A stretch of 61,435 nt of DNA, counting the filler, from Nemertoderma westbladi (taxonomy: Eukaryota; Animalia; Xenacoelomorpha), in NCBI GenBank assembly GCA_032718475.1. It is 3 parts of 3 records of this genome, joined end to end, with 100 filler letters (N's around TTAATTAATTAA, not from the genome) between each part and the next. Parts side by side here need not be neighbours in the genome. Positions count along the whole stretch, not along the records: positions 1 to 19,245 come from JAUCBJ010000786.1; positions 19,346 to 40,975 come from JAUCBJ010003161.1; 1 more part is not named here. One strand, given 5' to 3'. The first letter of the stretch is position 1. The number at the start of each line of letters is the position of its first letter. Shown here one piece after another: positions 11,080 through 23,800 of this stretch. The notes beneath the pieces were generated by a model, which worked only from the letters and a program-made list of their open reading frames with translations, ran no database searches and had not been told where the DNA came from. A program made the position numbers and the translations under genes.

Positions 11080-14000
11080 TTTTTTTTTTTCATTTCATCA
11101 TCCGGCATTAGTCGCCCCGGCGGCTTTAATTAATTAGGTAAAATGTTATTACATGACTAGTTAGTAGTTACACATTATACACATTATACATACGTTTCAT
11201 CAAGTAAAATACCACCAGTAGAGGGGTATGGGTAAAATGCGTACTGAATCTGAGTACTGTGGTTTAAAAAGTGTTTACAATATAATATAAATTATAACTA
11301 TTTACTCACATATAAAGTAAAAAAGATAGCTGGTTATCGTAATTATAAGGTAGAAATTACACAATATTTTACCAATTGCGAGTCTAATGGAAACTCAAAA
11401 TAGCATCATTATATGATAATAAACATCATGCTCGAGTATTATTTATTGGTAGCATTATATTAGTCGCCCCGGCGGCTTTAATTAATTAAGTAAAATGTTA
11501 TTACATAAGTTTCATCGAGTAGAATACCACCAGTAGAGAGGTATGGGTAAAGTGCATACTGAATCTGAATACTGTGGTTCAAAAAGTATTTACGCTATAA
11601 TATAAATTATAACTATTTGCTCAAGTGTATAGTGAAAAATAGCGGGTTGTCGTAATTATAAGATAGAATTTACACAATATTTACCAATTGCAAGTCCAAT
11701 GAAATCTAAAAATAGAACTAATTGTATATCCCAATCCAGTAATTGCAATTTTAAATATAATAAGTCCGTATTCCGTGGGTAAGATGTAGGGGTGGGCTTC
11801 GTAGAGAGACGCTTGCTAGGAGGTTATGTGCGCAAACATATCTAGTAGCACACTGTGACGAATTGAGTAAGGAATAGTGTACTTTTGAAGAATGTTCGAG
11901 ATATAATAATACTGATATTGGCCTTTGGTTGACATTGGATCAGGTTTTTTGTGATTACGTATTAATTGCTTAATATTATAGCGATGAGTCGGTATTGACG
12001 TCAGTGCGGGTAGGCCTTCATCCCAGGCATTCAGTTGATAGTTTTGAAAAGCTATACAGTTCCTGTATCCTGAGACATGCTTAAAGAGTACATTATGGTA
12101 TAAATATTGGATCTTATGATTTGGACTGTTGAGGGTATTATATATGAAGCGGCATCTCTCAAGGTTTATATGTTTGACAGGATCTGTAATATCGAAGAGA
12201 TACCATATAAGATACTAAGTTCCAGATTTTTGACGTCACTGACAGTGGTACATTGTCGACTGCGAAGCCTCTATTATTTATTCGGCTGACGGAGGTCCAT
12301 ATTTTAGTTATAAAGTGTAACTTTAGGTTGTTTGAGGTTGCCGGTAGTGGTAGTCCCATGTACGTGCATTTTGCAGTTGCTGGTAGACTGAGTCCTTCTA
12401 GATAAATGCATCCGTTGGTGTCTGTAGTCCCTTTTGTCGTAATATGTAGATAATGTGACTTCTTAAGATTGACTGTTAGGTTATGTAGTGCAAAGTAATT
12501 GTTACAGATTTGCATCATGTCTTTCAGGTCTGATTGTATATTAGCGAGGAGAAATATGTCATCGGCATAACTTATAAAGCAGTATGATTCATCGTTCATA
12601 TGTATTCCTAGTTTGCTATTGCCAAGATCTATGATAAGGTCGAGTAGGTAGAAGTTAAATAGTACAGCTGATAGGATTCCACCCTGTCGAACTCCTTGTA
12701 GCAACGGGATTCTTTGTTTGATAATTTGATTTCCATTCTTTAGGATGGCAATTGAACGTGTGTAGTATGAGAATAATGATTGTATGAGGTCTCTATCTAG
12801 TTCTGTTTCCCAGAGCTTATCAAATAGTTTGTTATAATCTATCTTATCAAAGGCTGATTGTAGGTCTATTGATAAGGCATATATGTCTGATCCTCCTTTG
12901 TTGTAGTATCTAATGAGGCTATCGATAACAGAATGTGCTGTTTCTGAGCTTATTTGTTTCTTGTATCCAAACTGTAGATCAGTAGTTGTAAGTTTAGCTA
13001 ATTCTGGTAGTAGTATTTGTTCCCACAGTTTAGCTATAATCGTTATTATGGAGATTCCGCGATATCTAGTAGGTGTTAGTCTGGCGTTTGGGGATGTTGG
13101 TTTTGATACGGGTGATAGTAGGTTAATACACATGCTCTGTGGGCATAGTCCCGTTGAACGGATATTATTGAAAATATTGGCGATGTAGTTATGCATTACT
13201 TCAGATGGGCATTGTTGAAGGCATTCAGCTCGAATATTATGTATGTCCGCTGATTTTCTCTTGTTTAGGGATGTAATCGACTCTTTAATGTCGAGAGAGG
13301 TTACCATTTTCATTGGTTGACCATCTTGAGGTTTGGTGGTGGAAAGTGGTTGTATAGTTGCATTACTATTAAAGGTTGTCAGGTATTCCGAGTGAAGTGT
13401 TTCAAATTTATCATCGGGTACTAAGCTGTTTAGCTGGGGATGTTTAACTAGTCTCCAGAATTCGTTGGGCTTAGATGAACATGATTCTGCTAAGTCATGG
13501 ATATGTTGGAAGTAAATTGATCTCTCTATTTTGGCTTGTGAGTGTTGATATTCTAGTTTGGATTTGAAGTATTTCTGGTAGTATTTGCAATGTGGGTCTC
13601 TAGATCCACCATTTTTAGTCCACTGAACTTTAGCTTCATCATGGTTTTTCTTTAATTCTCCAATGGTGTCGTTTGATGTATTGGGTCTGTGATGCTTAAT
13701 GGTGCGCTTTGGTTTAGAATAGACAGAGGGGATGTATTGTTTGGCAGCACTTGATATTGTGTCCGTTAGTGTTTGTAGCATATATTCTGCTACTTCTTTT
13801 CCACTGTGTTCACCATGAGATACGTCATCAGTAAGATGCTCTTCTATGTATGACTTGTAGTCCCTGAGTTGACTATCGGTTGCCTTCATGAAGAGATATG
13901 TCGGATTTTTCCATTTTCTCTTTGGTAGCCTTGCTGGACCTGGAAGATGTTTCTGAACCAAATCAAAAGTGCTGGTGATTGGAGTGTGATCAGACAAATT

Positions 14001-15395
14001 ATCATCAGAAAGTTTATGTACTTCACATTCGACTAGGTATTTATTTAGCCCCTGCGTGTTAAATATGTGATCTATATATGTGGAATCCCTTTTGGAGTTG
14101 AAATAGTATGTTGCTTCTGGACCTTTTGTTTGTTGACAAAAGTCTGTGATGGTGAAGTCATGTTTCCTTATGATAGTGTCCTGGAAGATTCTCCAAATTG
14201 GGATGTTTTGCTTGATCCTCTACATGTGGATTGTTGTCTTTGTATTGCTCCATTTATATCGCCAATAATTATAACCTCGTGACCGGTATTGACTGCATCG
14301 TCTGTTATTGCATCTAGACTTGCGCATGTTTTTATGTATTGTTCTTTGTCATTTGGTTTTTTGTTATTGGCCGGTAAGTATGCTCCAACTATGACAATTT
14401 CTGTGTCACTGAACTCGTTAATTTTGATTCCAGTGATACGATCGCTATGAATAACTACGTTCTGGCAGTATGGTATGAGCTCATCTTTAATGAATAGTGC
14501 AATTCCTCCTTATCCGCGTTTCCTATTAATATTCGGGGTTTCCATCTCGGTAGCACATTTATATTGAATACATGAATATTTGGGACAAGTTTTCTTCCGT
14601 TTGAGATACAATTCTGCTTGTCTAGGGGAGAGCCAGTGTTCTTGGACTGCTAGTACATCCAGGGAGTTTGTTGTTAGGAAATCTGAGATGTAACATTTGT
14701 TGCGTATGTATCCTTTGCAATTGAAAGTCCCTACTCTAAGTGATTTCTTGACATTCGGATTTAATATTGTTTGACTTTTGGAACTTTGATCATGGTGCGA
14801 CTGCGAGTATGTACTATGGAGAGGTTCGTGGATTGACTTAAAAGTTGGTTCTTGTCAGATATTCTCCGTTACGTTGGGTACATTGTTGATATGGTTCTTG
14901 ATATGTTCTATTTCTCCACTGCCTCGAGTCTCCGTTGTTGCGATGTGAATAATGATTAGCGGACTCTGATGGATATGGATCACGATTTATCCTGCTCTGC
15001 GTGTCTGTGTAACGCGTTCCGGGTGGTTTGAATTGACTTTGCTGTTTATCACTGTAGTTTCTAGATTGATAGTGGTTTCAGTTGGAATTATTTCCCATTT
15101 GCCATCGACTATTTACTGGGTTGCTTCCGTTTTGGACTGCTCTGCTGTCCACGCTGTTGTAAGGGGTTGACTGTCTAGATTGTCTGTGGTTATTGTTGAT
15201 GGAGTTTCGGTAATGTTGTTGATTGTATGTAGAGTCTGGTCTGGTATAGGATTGTGATGAGTGCTCATGTACTTAATATGATGGCCAGGCCACATTGCTT
15301 TCTGGGTGTAAGTACTTAGATCATCCCGAGTGACAGTTATCGTCGCTTCTTTCTCATGGCCGCGAGTTCCTTTGACATATACGTTTACAGGCCGT
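11080..15395 (-). mobile_element. APE-RT non-LTR retrotransposon nested inside the host LINE
   Basis: Poly(A) tail seen as a T-run at 11078-11090. RT ORF 12159-13997, disrupted APE upstream, possible ORF1 remnant. Candidate TSD TACTT at 11075-11079 and 15396-15400. Confidence 0.88.
12159..14750 (-). pseudogene. LINE ORF2: AP endonuclease plus reverse transcriptase
   Basis: APE motifs LRVGTFNCKG, VQEHWL, GGIALFIK and SDHTPI. RT motifs YRGISI, QFGYK, DLQSAFD, GVRQGGILS and YADD. The APE part has stops. Confidence 0.9.
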
Positions 15396-15960
15396 TACTT
15401 ACGGCGACAACAGATGACGATCCCGACATGCTTAATCAGGCTCATGGTCTGTATGGCAGAGCGAACACGCTAGTAAGGGCTCTGGGCAATGCCTCGGTAG
15501 CTGTGAAGACTGTTTTGTTTGGCGCCTACTGCACACAGGATTACGGGTGTGCACTGTGGGCCCGTGGCAGTCACAGCCTGCGTACATATGATAGAATACG
15601 GGTTGCCTATAACAATACTGTACGTATGCTGATTAAATGGCCTCGCCAAACCGACTAGTATGTCCCTGTCTTTCGGCCAAATTGGTCTACCCATGTTCTG
15701 TCATATTATTGATAAGGCTAGTCGGAGTCTGAGGAAATCAAATGGTGAACATTGTTTTTAACTCTTGCAGACCTTACTCAAGTTTTTTTTATTTACCCTC
15801 AGTACCTGTGTGCAGTAGACGCATGGTTTCTTATATTTAGTGTAGGACTGTAGATTAATCAAATATATTTCCTTTTTTACTGTGTGCTAATTTAATATAA
15901 ACCTTGTACAGAAGAATATGCACCTGGTGCGGATTAAAGAATAATAATAATAATAATAAT
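15396..15960 (+). mobile_element. Host LINE, right part and (TAA)n tail
   Basis: Continues in frame from GHI as LTATTDDDPDMLNQAHGLYGRANTL...VKTVLFGAYC...YGCALW...RVAYNN. The (ATA)n tail is at 15941-15960. Confidence 0.82.
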
Positions 15961-16148
15961 AGTAAATCTGGGATGTGGAATCGCACTAGATTCTTCCATT
16001 CGTTCTACGACATTCCATGAGCTCACATTGGTCCAATAAATTATTTAGCACATACCATTGGTCCAGCTAATTAGTCCCATTAGGTGTACGCACGTTATTG
16101 GTTCAACTACTCTAATACAGAATAATAATATGGAATAATAATTCTAAT

Positions 16149-16739
16149 TTTTTTTTTTTTTTATAATTCTTTATAATAACCAAATTGAAAAGAAATAATT
16201 AGTATATTAGCCAAATATAGTAGATATAAAACACCTTATAGCACAAAGTACAAATTGCACCACTCTAAAGGGCCCAACACCAAGCGGGGGGGGGAGATCA
16301 ATACCGATTCGGTAGGTCAGATCCCCGTAAACCTGCGCTGTCCCCAAATCCAAGACCCCGCCACGGCCGACGAACACCGCGCAGACAGAGGGAGTTGGAA
16401 CGGAGTAAGGTAAACTGGAGGCGCCTCCGAACTCCACCCAAGGCACAGGCGAGGCCGCGTTCCCTCATGCTTTGCCGTCGCGAGACTAAGGTCTCGGCGA
16501 GGTGGCGAATAAGGATTTCGGCCTCCTTGCACCACACCCCGTCGGTGGTTCCGACTAGTGGGGTGAAGGAGATCCGACGATCCTCACACACCGCGCCATA
16601 GTGGACCTTCTTAGCGCGGACCCTCTGCTGGAGGACGGACTCTAGAGACCGATTAACGTATGAGGGGGCGTCAGCGTTAACAATCGCAATGTCGAAAGAC
16701 GCCACCCTCTGTTCGGCCCAGACTCCCCTCGCCAGGAGG
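16149..16739 (-). mobile_element. 5'-truncated HERO-like (RLE-type) non-LTR retrotransposon
   Basis: RGVW...FDIAIVNADAPSY...KKVHY...FTPLVGTTDG...LCLRG matches the restriction-like endonuclease pattern. It has a poly(A) tail and a 14-bp TSD ATAATAATTCTAAT (16135-16148, 16740-16753). Confidence 0.85.
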
Positions 16740-16809
16740 ATAATAATTCTAATACAGATAGGCGGTATATTCGAAATTGAAATAAATTATTACAAAAATA
16801 CAAATTTTA

Positions 16810-16872
16810 CCGAGGGAGATTTGAACGCGTAACCTAATATTTGCACGACCTACGGACTAACCTACTGAGCTA
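16810..16872 (-). pseudogene. Degenerate tRNA-like sequence (SINE head or tRNA remnant)
   Basis: A-box-like TAGCTCAGTAGG and B-box-like GTTCAAATC at tRNA spacing. No clean cloverleaf. Confidence 0.45.
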
Positions 16873-17180
16873 GGGCTGGGGTAAAACAGACTGTGAACAA
16901 GGGGGGGAAAGAATTACGCGGAAAAATGACCAGAGAGGGGGGAAAAACGCAGAAAGAAAGGAAAAACGCAATAATGTATTTTTCTACCATACATATTTTT
17001 ATTAGAATTATTATACTTTGTAAATATTGAAACATCAATATAATTATACAGTATGAGAACATGTAATATACATATAGAGCATTGTACATTATACAGTAAC
17101 TTATACAAATTCAACTTATTCAACAGATAATATATTATCCTTTACGTCTAACTATCAACGTAAGCTATTCTACCCCTAAA

Positions 17181-17555
17181 GGTCTGTTTACACGTGGAAA
17201 CTTTTAGATCAACTTTCTCGGCAACTAGCAACGTTTCTTTGAGCAACTTAATTTAATCGCTGTTTACACGTGGCAACTTTACCAGCAACATGGCCGGCAA
17301 CTTTTAGAGCAACTTTTAGAGCGAGTTTAACTGTAAAATAGTGGGTCATTTTATCTACTAGCTAGTTTTTGTTAATTTAATTTGATTATCCCGCTTTAAT
17401 TCGCCAACGCAAATTCCTTCAAGTTGCCTTAAAAGTTGAACAACTTTTACGGCAACTTTTTTACGTGTTTACACGGAGCAACTTGATCGGCAACCTGGTT
17501 TGCTCTACAAGTTGCCGAGAAAGTTGCTCTAAAAGTTGCCACGTGTAAACAGGCC
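17181..17555. mobile_element. MITE, PIF/Harbinger-like
   Basis: TIRs of about 45 bp (GGTCTGTTTACACGTGG... / ...CCACGTGTAAACAGGCC), TAA/TTA-type flanks, and internal GCAACTT repeats. Confidence 0.8.
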
Positions 17556-18516
17556 TTAAGGCAAGGATATGCTCTGCTCATTGCTCATCTCAAAGATCCA
17601 TTAGTTTTCCAATAATTTCCAAACAGTAATAATTATTTTTCAGGGCCAACGATATGGAACTCTGATTCCTCTGCTGACGTAAAACATAAAAAATCTAAAA
17701 TACAGTACCCTTTTCGAAATAGGTCACCTTCTAAAATATTAAATTAAAGTACACTGTAAACAATCAATAAAACATAGATCTTACCAATTTTCCATAACCT
17801 TTTCCATCCAATATTTTATATTTTATGTATTTCCTACCTCGACTCATTAGTTTAGTTTTATATACCTGGATCAGCATCGGAACTCCAGTGCAACAATTGA
17901 TTGCGCTGGAGATTAACTTAGAATAATTAAGTATTTCCCTATCAGCAACAACAGTAACAATCTCACACCTCACAATTCACATAATAGTAATACCCCCCCC
18001 CCCCCCCCCCCCTCTTTTTTTGGAAGCACTGCATACCACCCCTACCTGCCCGGCACTCCCAGTCAATACATTGGGCTATAATACTAGCCACACCATTGTC
18101 CAAAGTATTATTGTAACTTAACTTTTAATATTGCAATTATACAATATACTGTATATATTACTATATATGTGCAATGTGAGTATCGGATTACCAATTAACA
18201 ATAAATTTTAAACAATTGTCTTCTTTAGTCTAAAATTCGCAACTGTTCGGTGGTCCACCCACACGATCAACACCATGTAGTACTAAAACCTAGGCCTACA
18301 ACTACATGCTCTAAAACCCCCAAAAATGACCCCCCCCCCCCCCCCCCCCCGCTAAATTGCAGGTCTCCGTTTGCTAATTCCCTTATCAAAACACGGTACT
18401 CGTGGATGCATTTGAAGTCATGACACATTACTGAAAGTTTATTATTTTACTCATAGGTATAGACAACTATATCATTTATTTGTCAATATAACACGATTAA
18501 CGGACTCGTTTAATTA

Positions 18517-18630
18517 GGGGCCGTCCAAGTATGACGTCTGCACTTTTCCCCAAAATGTTGACCCCCTCCCTCCCCTAAATCAGATGTCATCAGATAGGCA
18601 TTGACCCCCCCCTCCCCTAAATCAGATATT
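18517..18630. mobile_element. Single terminus of a probable DNA transposon
   Basis: TTA followed by GGGGCCGTCCAAGTATGACGTC and a duplicated TTGACCCC..CCTCCCCTAAATCAGAT. No partner TIR found. Confidence 0.4.
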
Positions 18631-18899
18631 ATTTCTGTGCTGTTATTTAATAATGTGATTAGATAAAAAAAATAAAGTAATGAAATATAATTCATCTGTT
18701 AATTATTACAAAAAAAATTAAACATTATATTAACATTTATATAGTTTTGAATTAAATGTTTCGAAATCAACAGTCATTCAATGAACTTATACAGCAGTGT
18801 CATTTCGCGTATCCCTTGGTTTAATCACTATTCTTTATTCAAGTATAACTGAATCCTGGCCCGGCGCCTTCACCCTCCACTGATAATTTAAAATCGTAA

Positions 18900-19245
18900 C
18901 TTATTCAATCTTTCACTAAATTATACCAAACTTGGTAAACATGTGGGGCGAGCCACGAAGTGAGTGAGCCTTAGCGTAGTGGTACCATTAATCAACCTGT
19001 CGTTCTGTCGTTCTGTCGTTCTGTCGTTCTGTCGTGTTCAATTTTAAACGTTAATAACTCGGCCAATCTTTGATGAAATCTATCCAAACTTGGTACACAT
19101 GTTGTTTGGCAAAAGTTTAGAAATTTTCCAAGTAGAATTTCCGTGTGGCCTTCGAGAAGCTAAGATAATAGCAGTTAATTAGTTAATTAAGTTGATTACG
19201 GTAAAAACACCATTTTCAACCTGCCTTTTAAAGGAAATTAATTGT
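18900..19245 (+). mobile_element. Helentron/DINE-1-like non-autonomous fragment
   Basis: (CTGTCGTT)4 microsatellite flanked by two CCAAACTTGGTA(A/C)ACATG motifs. Cut off by the gap. Confidence 0.45.
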
Positions 19246-19345
19246 NNNNNNNNNNNNNNNNNNNNNNNNNNNNNNNNNNNNNNNNNNNNTTAATTAATTA
19301 ANNNNNNNNNNNNNNNNNNNNNNNNNNNNNNNNNNNNNNNNNNNN
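19246..19345. other. Artificial contig linker
   Basis: 44 N + TTAATTAATTAA (stops in all six frames) + 44 N. Confidence 0.95.
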
Positions 19346-20085
19346 GGTCTTTTTATTAACTCCAGAAAGACCAAAATTCTGACAGTTAACTTTGAAAGTC
19401 CTCAGCAAGTCTCTGATCGGATGAGCATAAGCTCAAAGGATGGTATGCTTGAGCATGTGGACGACTTCTGTTACCTGGGATCATGGATCCGGAAGTCAGG
19501 TGAGGACCTTCGAATACGTAAGGGAAAGGCATGGGCAGCCTTGAATAGGCTTTCCAGGATTTGGAAGTCACCTAGAATTAATCGGAAACTTAAGGTCCGA
19601 TTATTTAGAGCAGCAGTAGTTCCAGTACTCCTCTACGGGAGTCCATGCTGGGCTCTAACTGCTGAGGACACCAAATCTCTGGATGGCACATTCACAAGAA
19701 TGCTACGCCGGGTACATTGTGTCAAGTACAATGCACACATCTCCAACCAGACACTATATAACATTGGAGGTGTCTCAATGGTTCCCCCAAGCTTGACACT
19801 AGAACAAAATCGCCTCCGCTTTGCAGGACATTGCTTTCGCCGTGAGGACCAGCCAGTGCATAATCTTGTACTTTGGCAGCCTCATGGAGTAAATAAGCAT
19901 GGTGGACAGCCCATGACTTTCTTGAGACGCATCTTAAAGGACACTGGCCTTAAAGATGCGGATGATCTAGCAAATGTCATGGGTGATAGGGAGTTGTGGC
20001 GGTGCAATTTTGTTGACAAGCCGGCACAGCATTCTTAAAAATGCAGCTGCAATGCAGCATGCCGATCCTAGTAGTAGTAGTAGTA
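19346..20085 (+). mobile_element. RTE-type LINE 3' portion
   Basis: Begins GLFINSRKTKIL (end of RT). ORF to 20038 is near-identical to 4826-5431, followed by a (TAG)n tail. Confidence 0.92.
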
Positions 20086-20839
20086 CTAATGTCCTGGAAT
20101 ATAGTGTCGTTTATTATTCAGGTACCTGCCCCCCCCCCCCCCCCCCCTCCCCAAAAAAAATTTCTACAAAATCTTAATGATGAGATGACATGAAATTTGA
20201 AATAAAGATAGTTTCGCTCAACTCCTCGTGGGTGGGTGAGTCAGAATTAGAATTTTGCTCTCAATTTTTAGCTACGAGCGTTTAAAAAAAGGTGTCTCCG
20301 GCGTCCCGGCGGTATTTCACCAGCAGTTTCACACTGCAGTTAATCTTCAACCTTACAGTATAGTGATTTGTTGGTATTAGGGCTCAACAGAAGTCTGGAA
20401 GCTCCGACTTCGGTTCGGTTCGGGCCGGAGTTTGGCCATTCCGGTTCGGTTCGGCTTCTGCAGTGCAATTGATAATGCAGAGAAGCCCGGAGCAAAATGC
20501 AATTCCCGCAAGTAACTGTGTAAAGCCAGTACAGCAGTAAGCCCTTTCTGTTTTCTGTCTTTGGAACTTAGGACAGTCGTCCCCTGCAGATGCAGTCCAC
20601 TTAGGCCGGATTTGCTAGCGGATTTAATCCCCAGAACCAACCAAAATCTTCTAGCAGATTTGGCCCCCCCTTCGCTGATTTGGTCCCGCCAATAATTTCA
20701 TTGTTTTGGTTATAAAAGCCCGCCCCTGAAACCTGTTCCTTTTCCTCAAAAGATAATGATGATATCGTTTATTTTTGTCCAGGGAGACTGAATCTGCTAC
20801 CGGTTTTTGTCCCCTTAGACAAATCCGCAGTGGGTTAAA

Positions 20840-23800
20840 TGTGAGTGAATAATATACCAAACCAATAAAGGACATAATTAGAAGAGTAAACAACAGGGGA
20901 TGTATGTTGACAACCGAGTGAATCATAGTGATATGACTAAGAGTGTGAAGTAATAAGCAAATGAGGCGTGAGTATACAGTGTGACGACCAAACCCAATTA
21001 GATACTACATATTGATAAAGCTAAGAAGGTGCATTAATTATTGTAGAGGCTATAATACAGTAGGATCATAATGTATACATACAGTTTGAACGAAAGGGTA
21101 ATTTTGGGAGTGTACATACAGTAGTTTAAGTGTTAAAATTAGAGCGGTCAGATGTTTAGTGATTATTGCCAATATTGCTGTATATTTAATGTGATGGTTT
21201 TAACATAGGATTTATTCTTGGGTGATGGAGTGATGGAGAGGGGTGGATTCTTGGATTTTCTACATTAAATGTGACTTCTTTCTATTACTCTTCTTACTAA
21301 TGACGTAAACTTTCCCTATATCATTCATTATAGTGTATATTATTGTGTATTATTGGTGTTTACATTATCCGCACCGTACGTGCAATAACTCCTATTGGTG
21401 AGAATAGTAGTTATTGAACTAGTAGGTATCCAATATACATTGCAAGACAAACTGAATCTTCTTATTGATGATCTGCTTCTGGGTCTACTACATATCCTTG
21501 ACTGCTACGAATTGTTCGACAGCAGGTTCCCTGAACAAAACCAGAGGCCTAGTGGGAAGGGAGGTAGATATTCAACCAGGGGGGAAGCACTCAAGAAACG
21601 GATGAGGGTCTTTCGATACTCTCACCCCCCATGACGAAAGATATCCCTTCAGTGACGTTTGCTGAAGTAGTTCCCTTACAGTGACATTTAATGTTACTAG
21701 TGACATTTACTGTCAGTGACATTTAATGGCAGGAGTGACATTTACTGAAAGAATATATTCTTTCAAGGGCGTTGTTGACGTTCTCTTCGACCTCAACAAT
21801 GATAGGAAGGCACCCTAAATAGTGGCAAACGCTGGGGAGACACCCAATGAGAACCAAAGAAGGAGTTCAATGAACCCGAATGAAGACGGTACAACACCAA
21901 ATGGATGTGGACGATCGCAATGAATCGAATCTACAATGATGAGTTGCAGTATGGCATCACAGATACCAGAACTGGTTACCAGAACAAGCGTATCGATTAC
22001 AAACTGTAATACAAATGAACATGAATGAAATGGAAACAATCGTTTCGGGTGAGGGATGATTCAGGACTGGGAGACAGATACCCAGGACTCCACTCGATGG
22101 GTATCTAATCGCCGGCGCGGTCGGTGTGATGTAAGATCGAGGACTTGATCCAAATGGAGATGCCAGCGATACCTTATGGGGCTGCTAGTGCATGGACAGC
22201 GTGGTGTTCGAGTAAGACCAGACCTCTCTTCCCAGGCACCAGCAGGAAGTCCCTAACTGTGGGTGTTGAGGGGGGGGGGGGGTGGTTGCAATCCGACCTT
22301 CGCTTCCCAGAGACTCTGACTCCATTTGTGGAGTGAGCCTATCTCCTACAACTAAGGAACTGTCAACTACACGATCCTATATAGTGGTAATAAAGAAACT
22401 TAGTGGTAATAAAGAAACTCATTGATAGAAGAGGCCCTATATAGTGGCATAAAGGATTCAGCGATGCATTTATCCAAGCCAGTAACAATAGTTAAACATG
22501 ATGGAATCACAGCATTACAGTTCTGGATAGTGCACAAGGCGATAATTACGACCATGTATGGAACGCTGCAGTTAAAGAAACTGGTGGATGCGAGGATGCA
22601 TCTACACTTAAACCAAGAAGAGACACCAAAGAACCCAATGGTTAAACAGTAGAAGGCATTCAAGAAAAGAGTTAAAGAAACAGGTATCCTCTTGATGGAT
22701 ATGGAAGGCGATCTTGGATGTGCATGCTTCCTACATGGATCTAATCTGGATGGGGATGTTTATATCATTGATATGACTAGGAAAATTCACATAGATAAAA
22801 CGAAGGAGATAGATCAGCTACCAGACGAGGTACGAAACCTGATATTAGATAGGATGAACATATTATATGGATCAGACGTAACAAAGGACATTAATGAGTC
22901 TATGAGCGGATACATAGGCGCGACGCTAGATCAAGTCTTGTGTCTAGTGTTGATGGAATCGCTAGGATCATTACATGGGATAGGGATGATCGAGCGAATG
23001 CAGCATACTTCAACAGGAAGTATCACTATCGTACTAGGACTACATGACCATAAACCTCTGTACTGGAGAAAGTATAAAGCAAAATACCCAGAAATGATGT
23101 TGGTAGTGGACGACTTTGCAAACAAGAGTCCGAAGCCGTGGAAGAAATGGTGTTGGATGAAAGGTGACTTAACAGAAATCCAACAGGAGTATATCATACA
23201 GGAAGATATACGCCACTGATTTCTTATGTCTATTCATGGGGTATATTATTGGGAAGGAACTGCAAGTTTTGTAAGACTGGAAGAATGGTAATGACAATGA
23301 GGGAAGCCTTAATAGTGGCTACTAAACCGTTATAGGGAAGTGGAAACGTCATAGCATATGACACGGATGATTTACACTTCAATGTATTAGACAACAAGGA
23401 ACTAAATAATCCTGCGGACAGAACAGCAAACTGTCTGGGTAAAGTGAGCAGCAGTTTGGGGATGTCTAGCCTGCAGTGCGAGATGCAGCTCAGCAATTTC
23501 CAAATCATGAACAGCAACGAGGACGAAATGATACTTCGTAAACTTTCATTGCTATCCTAACAACGACGATATAGATAGACAGACATAACAAACAACAGGT
23601 ACCGGGACTGATAGAAAAGGAGATTGGATGGCCACTGGATTTGAGCCCATTGAAAGAAAGCCTCAAACGAATGAGGATAATGGAAACTGAACAACACACA
23701 ATGAGAGAAAGTGCAGAAAGGATCCAAAGGGAGGATGATGAGAATAAAATAATCGAGAAAGACAAGTATTGGGATTATAAAGTGGCTCTAAAAAATGGCA

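Noticed and set aside
20378-20460. hAT-like terminus (TAGGG plus TTCGG repeats)
   Set aside because: No partner TIR or TSD found.
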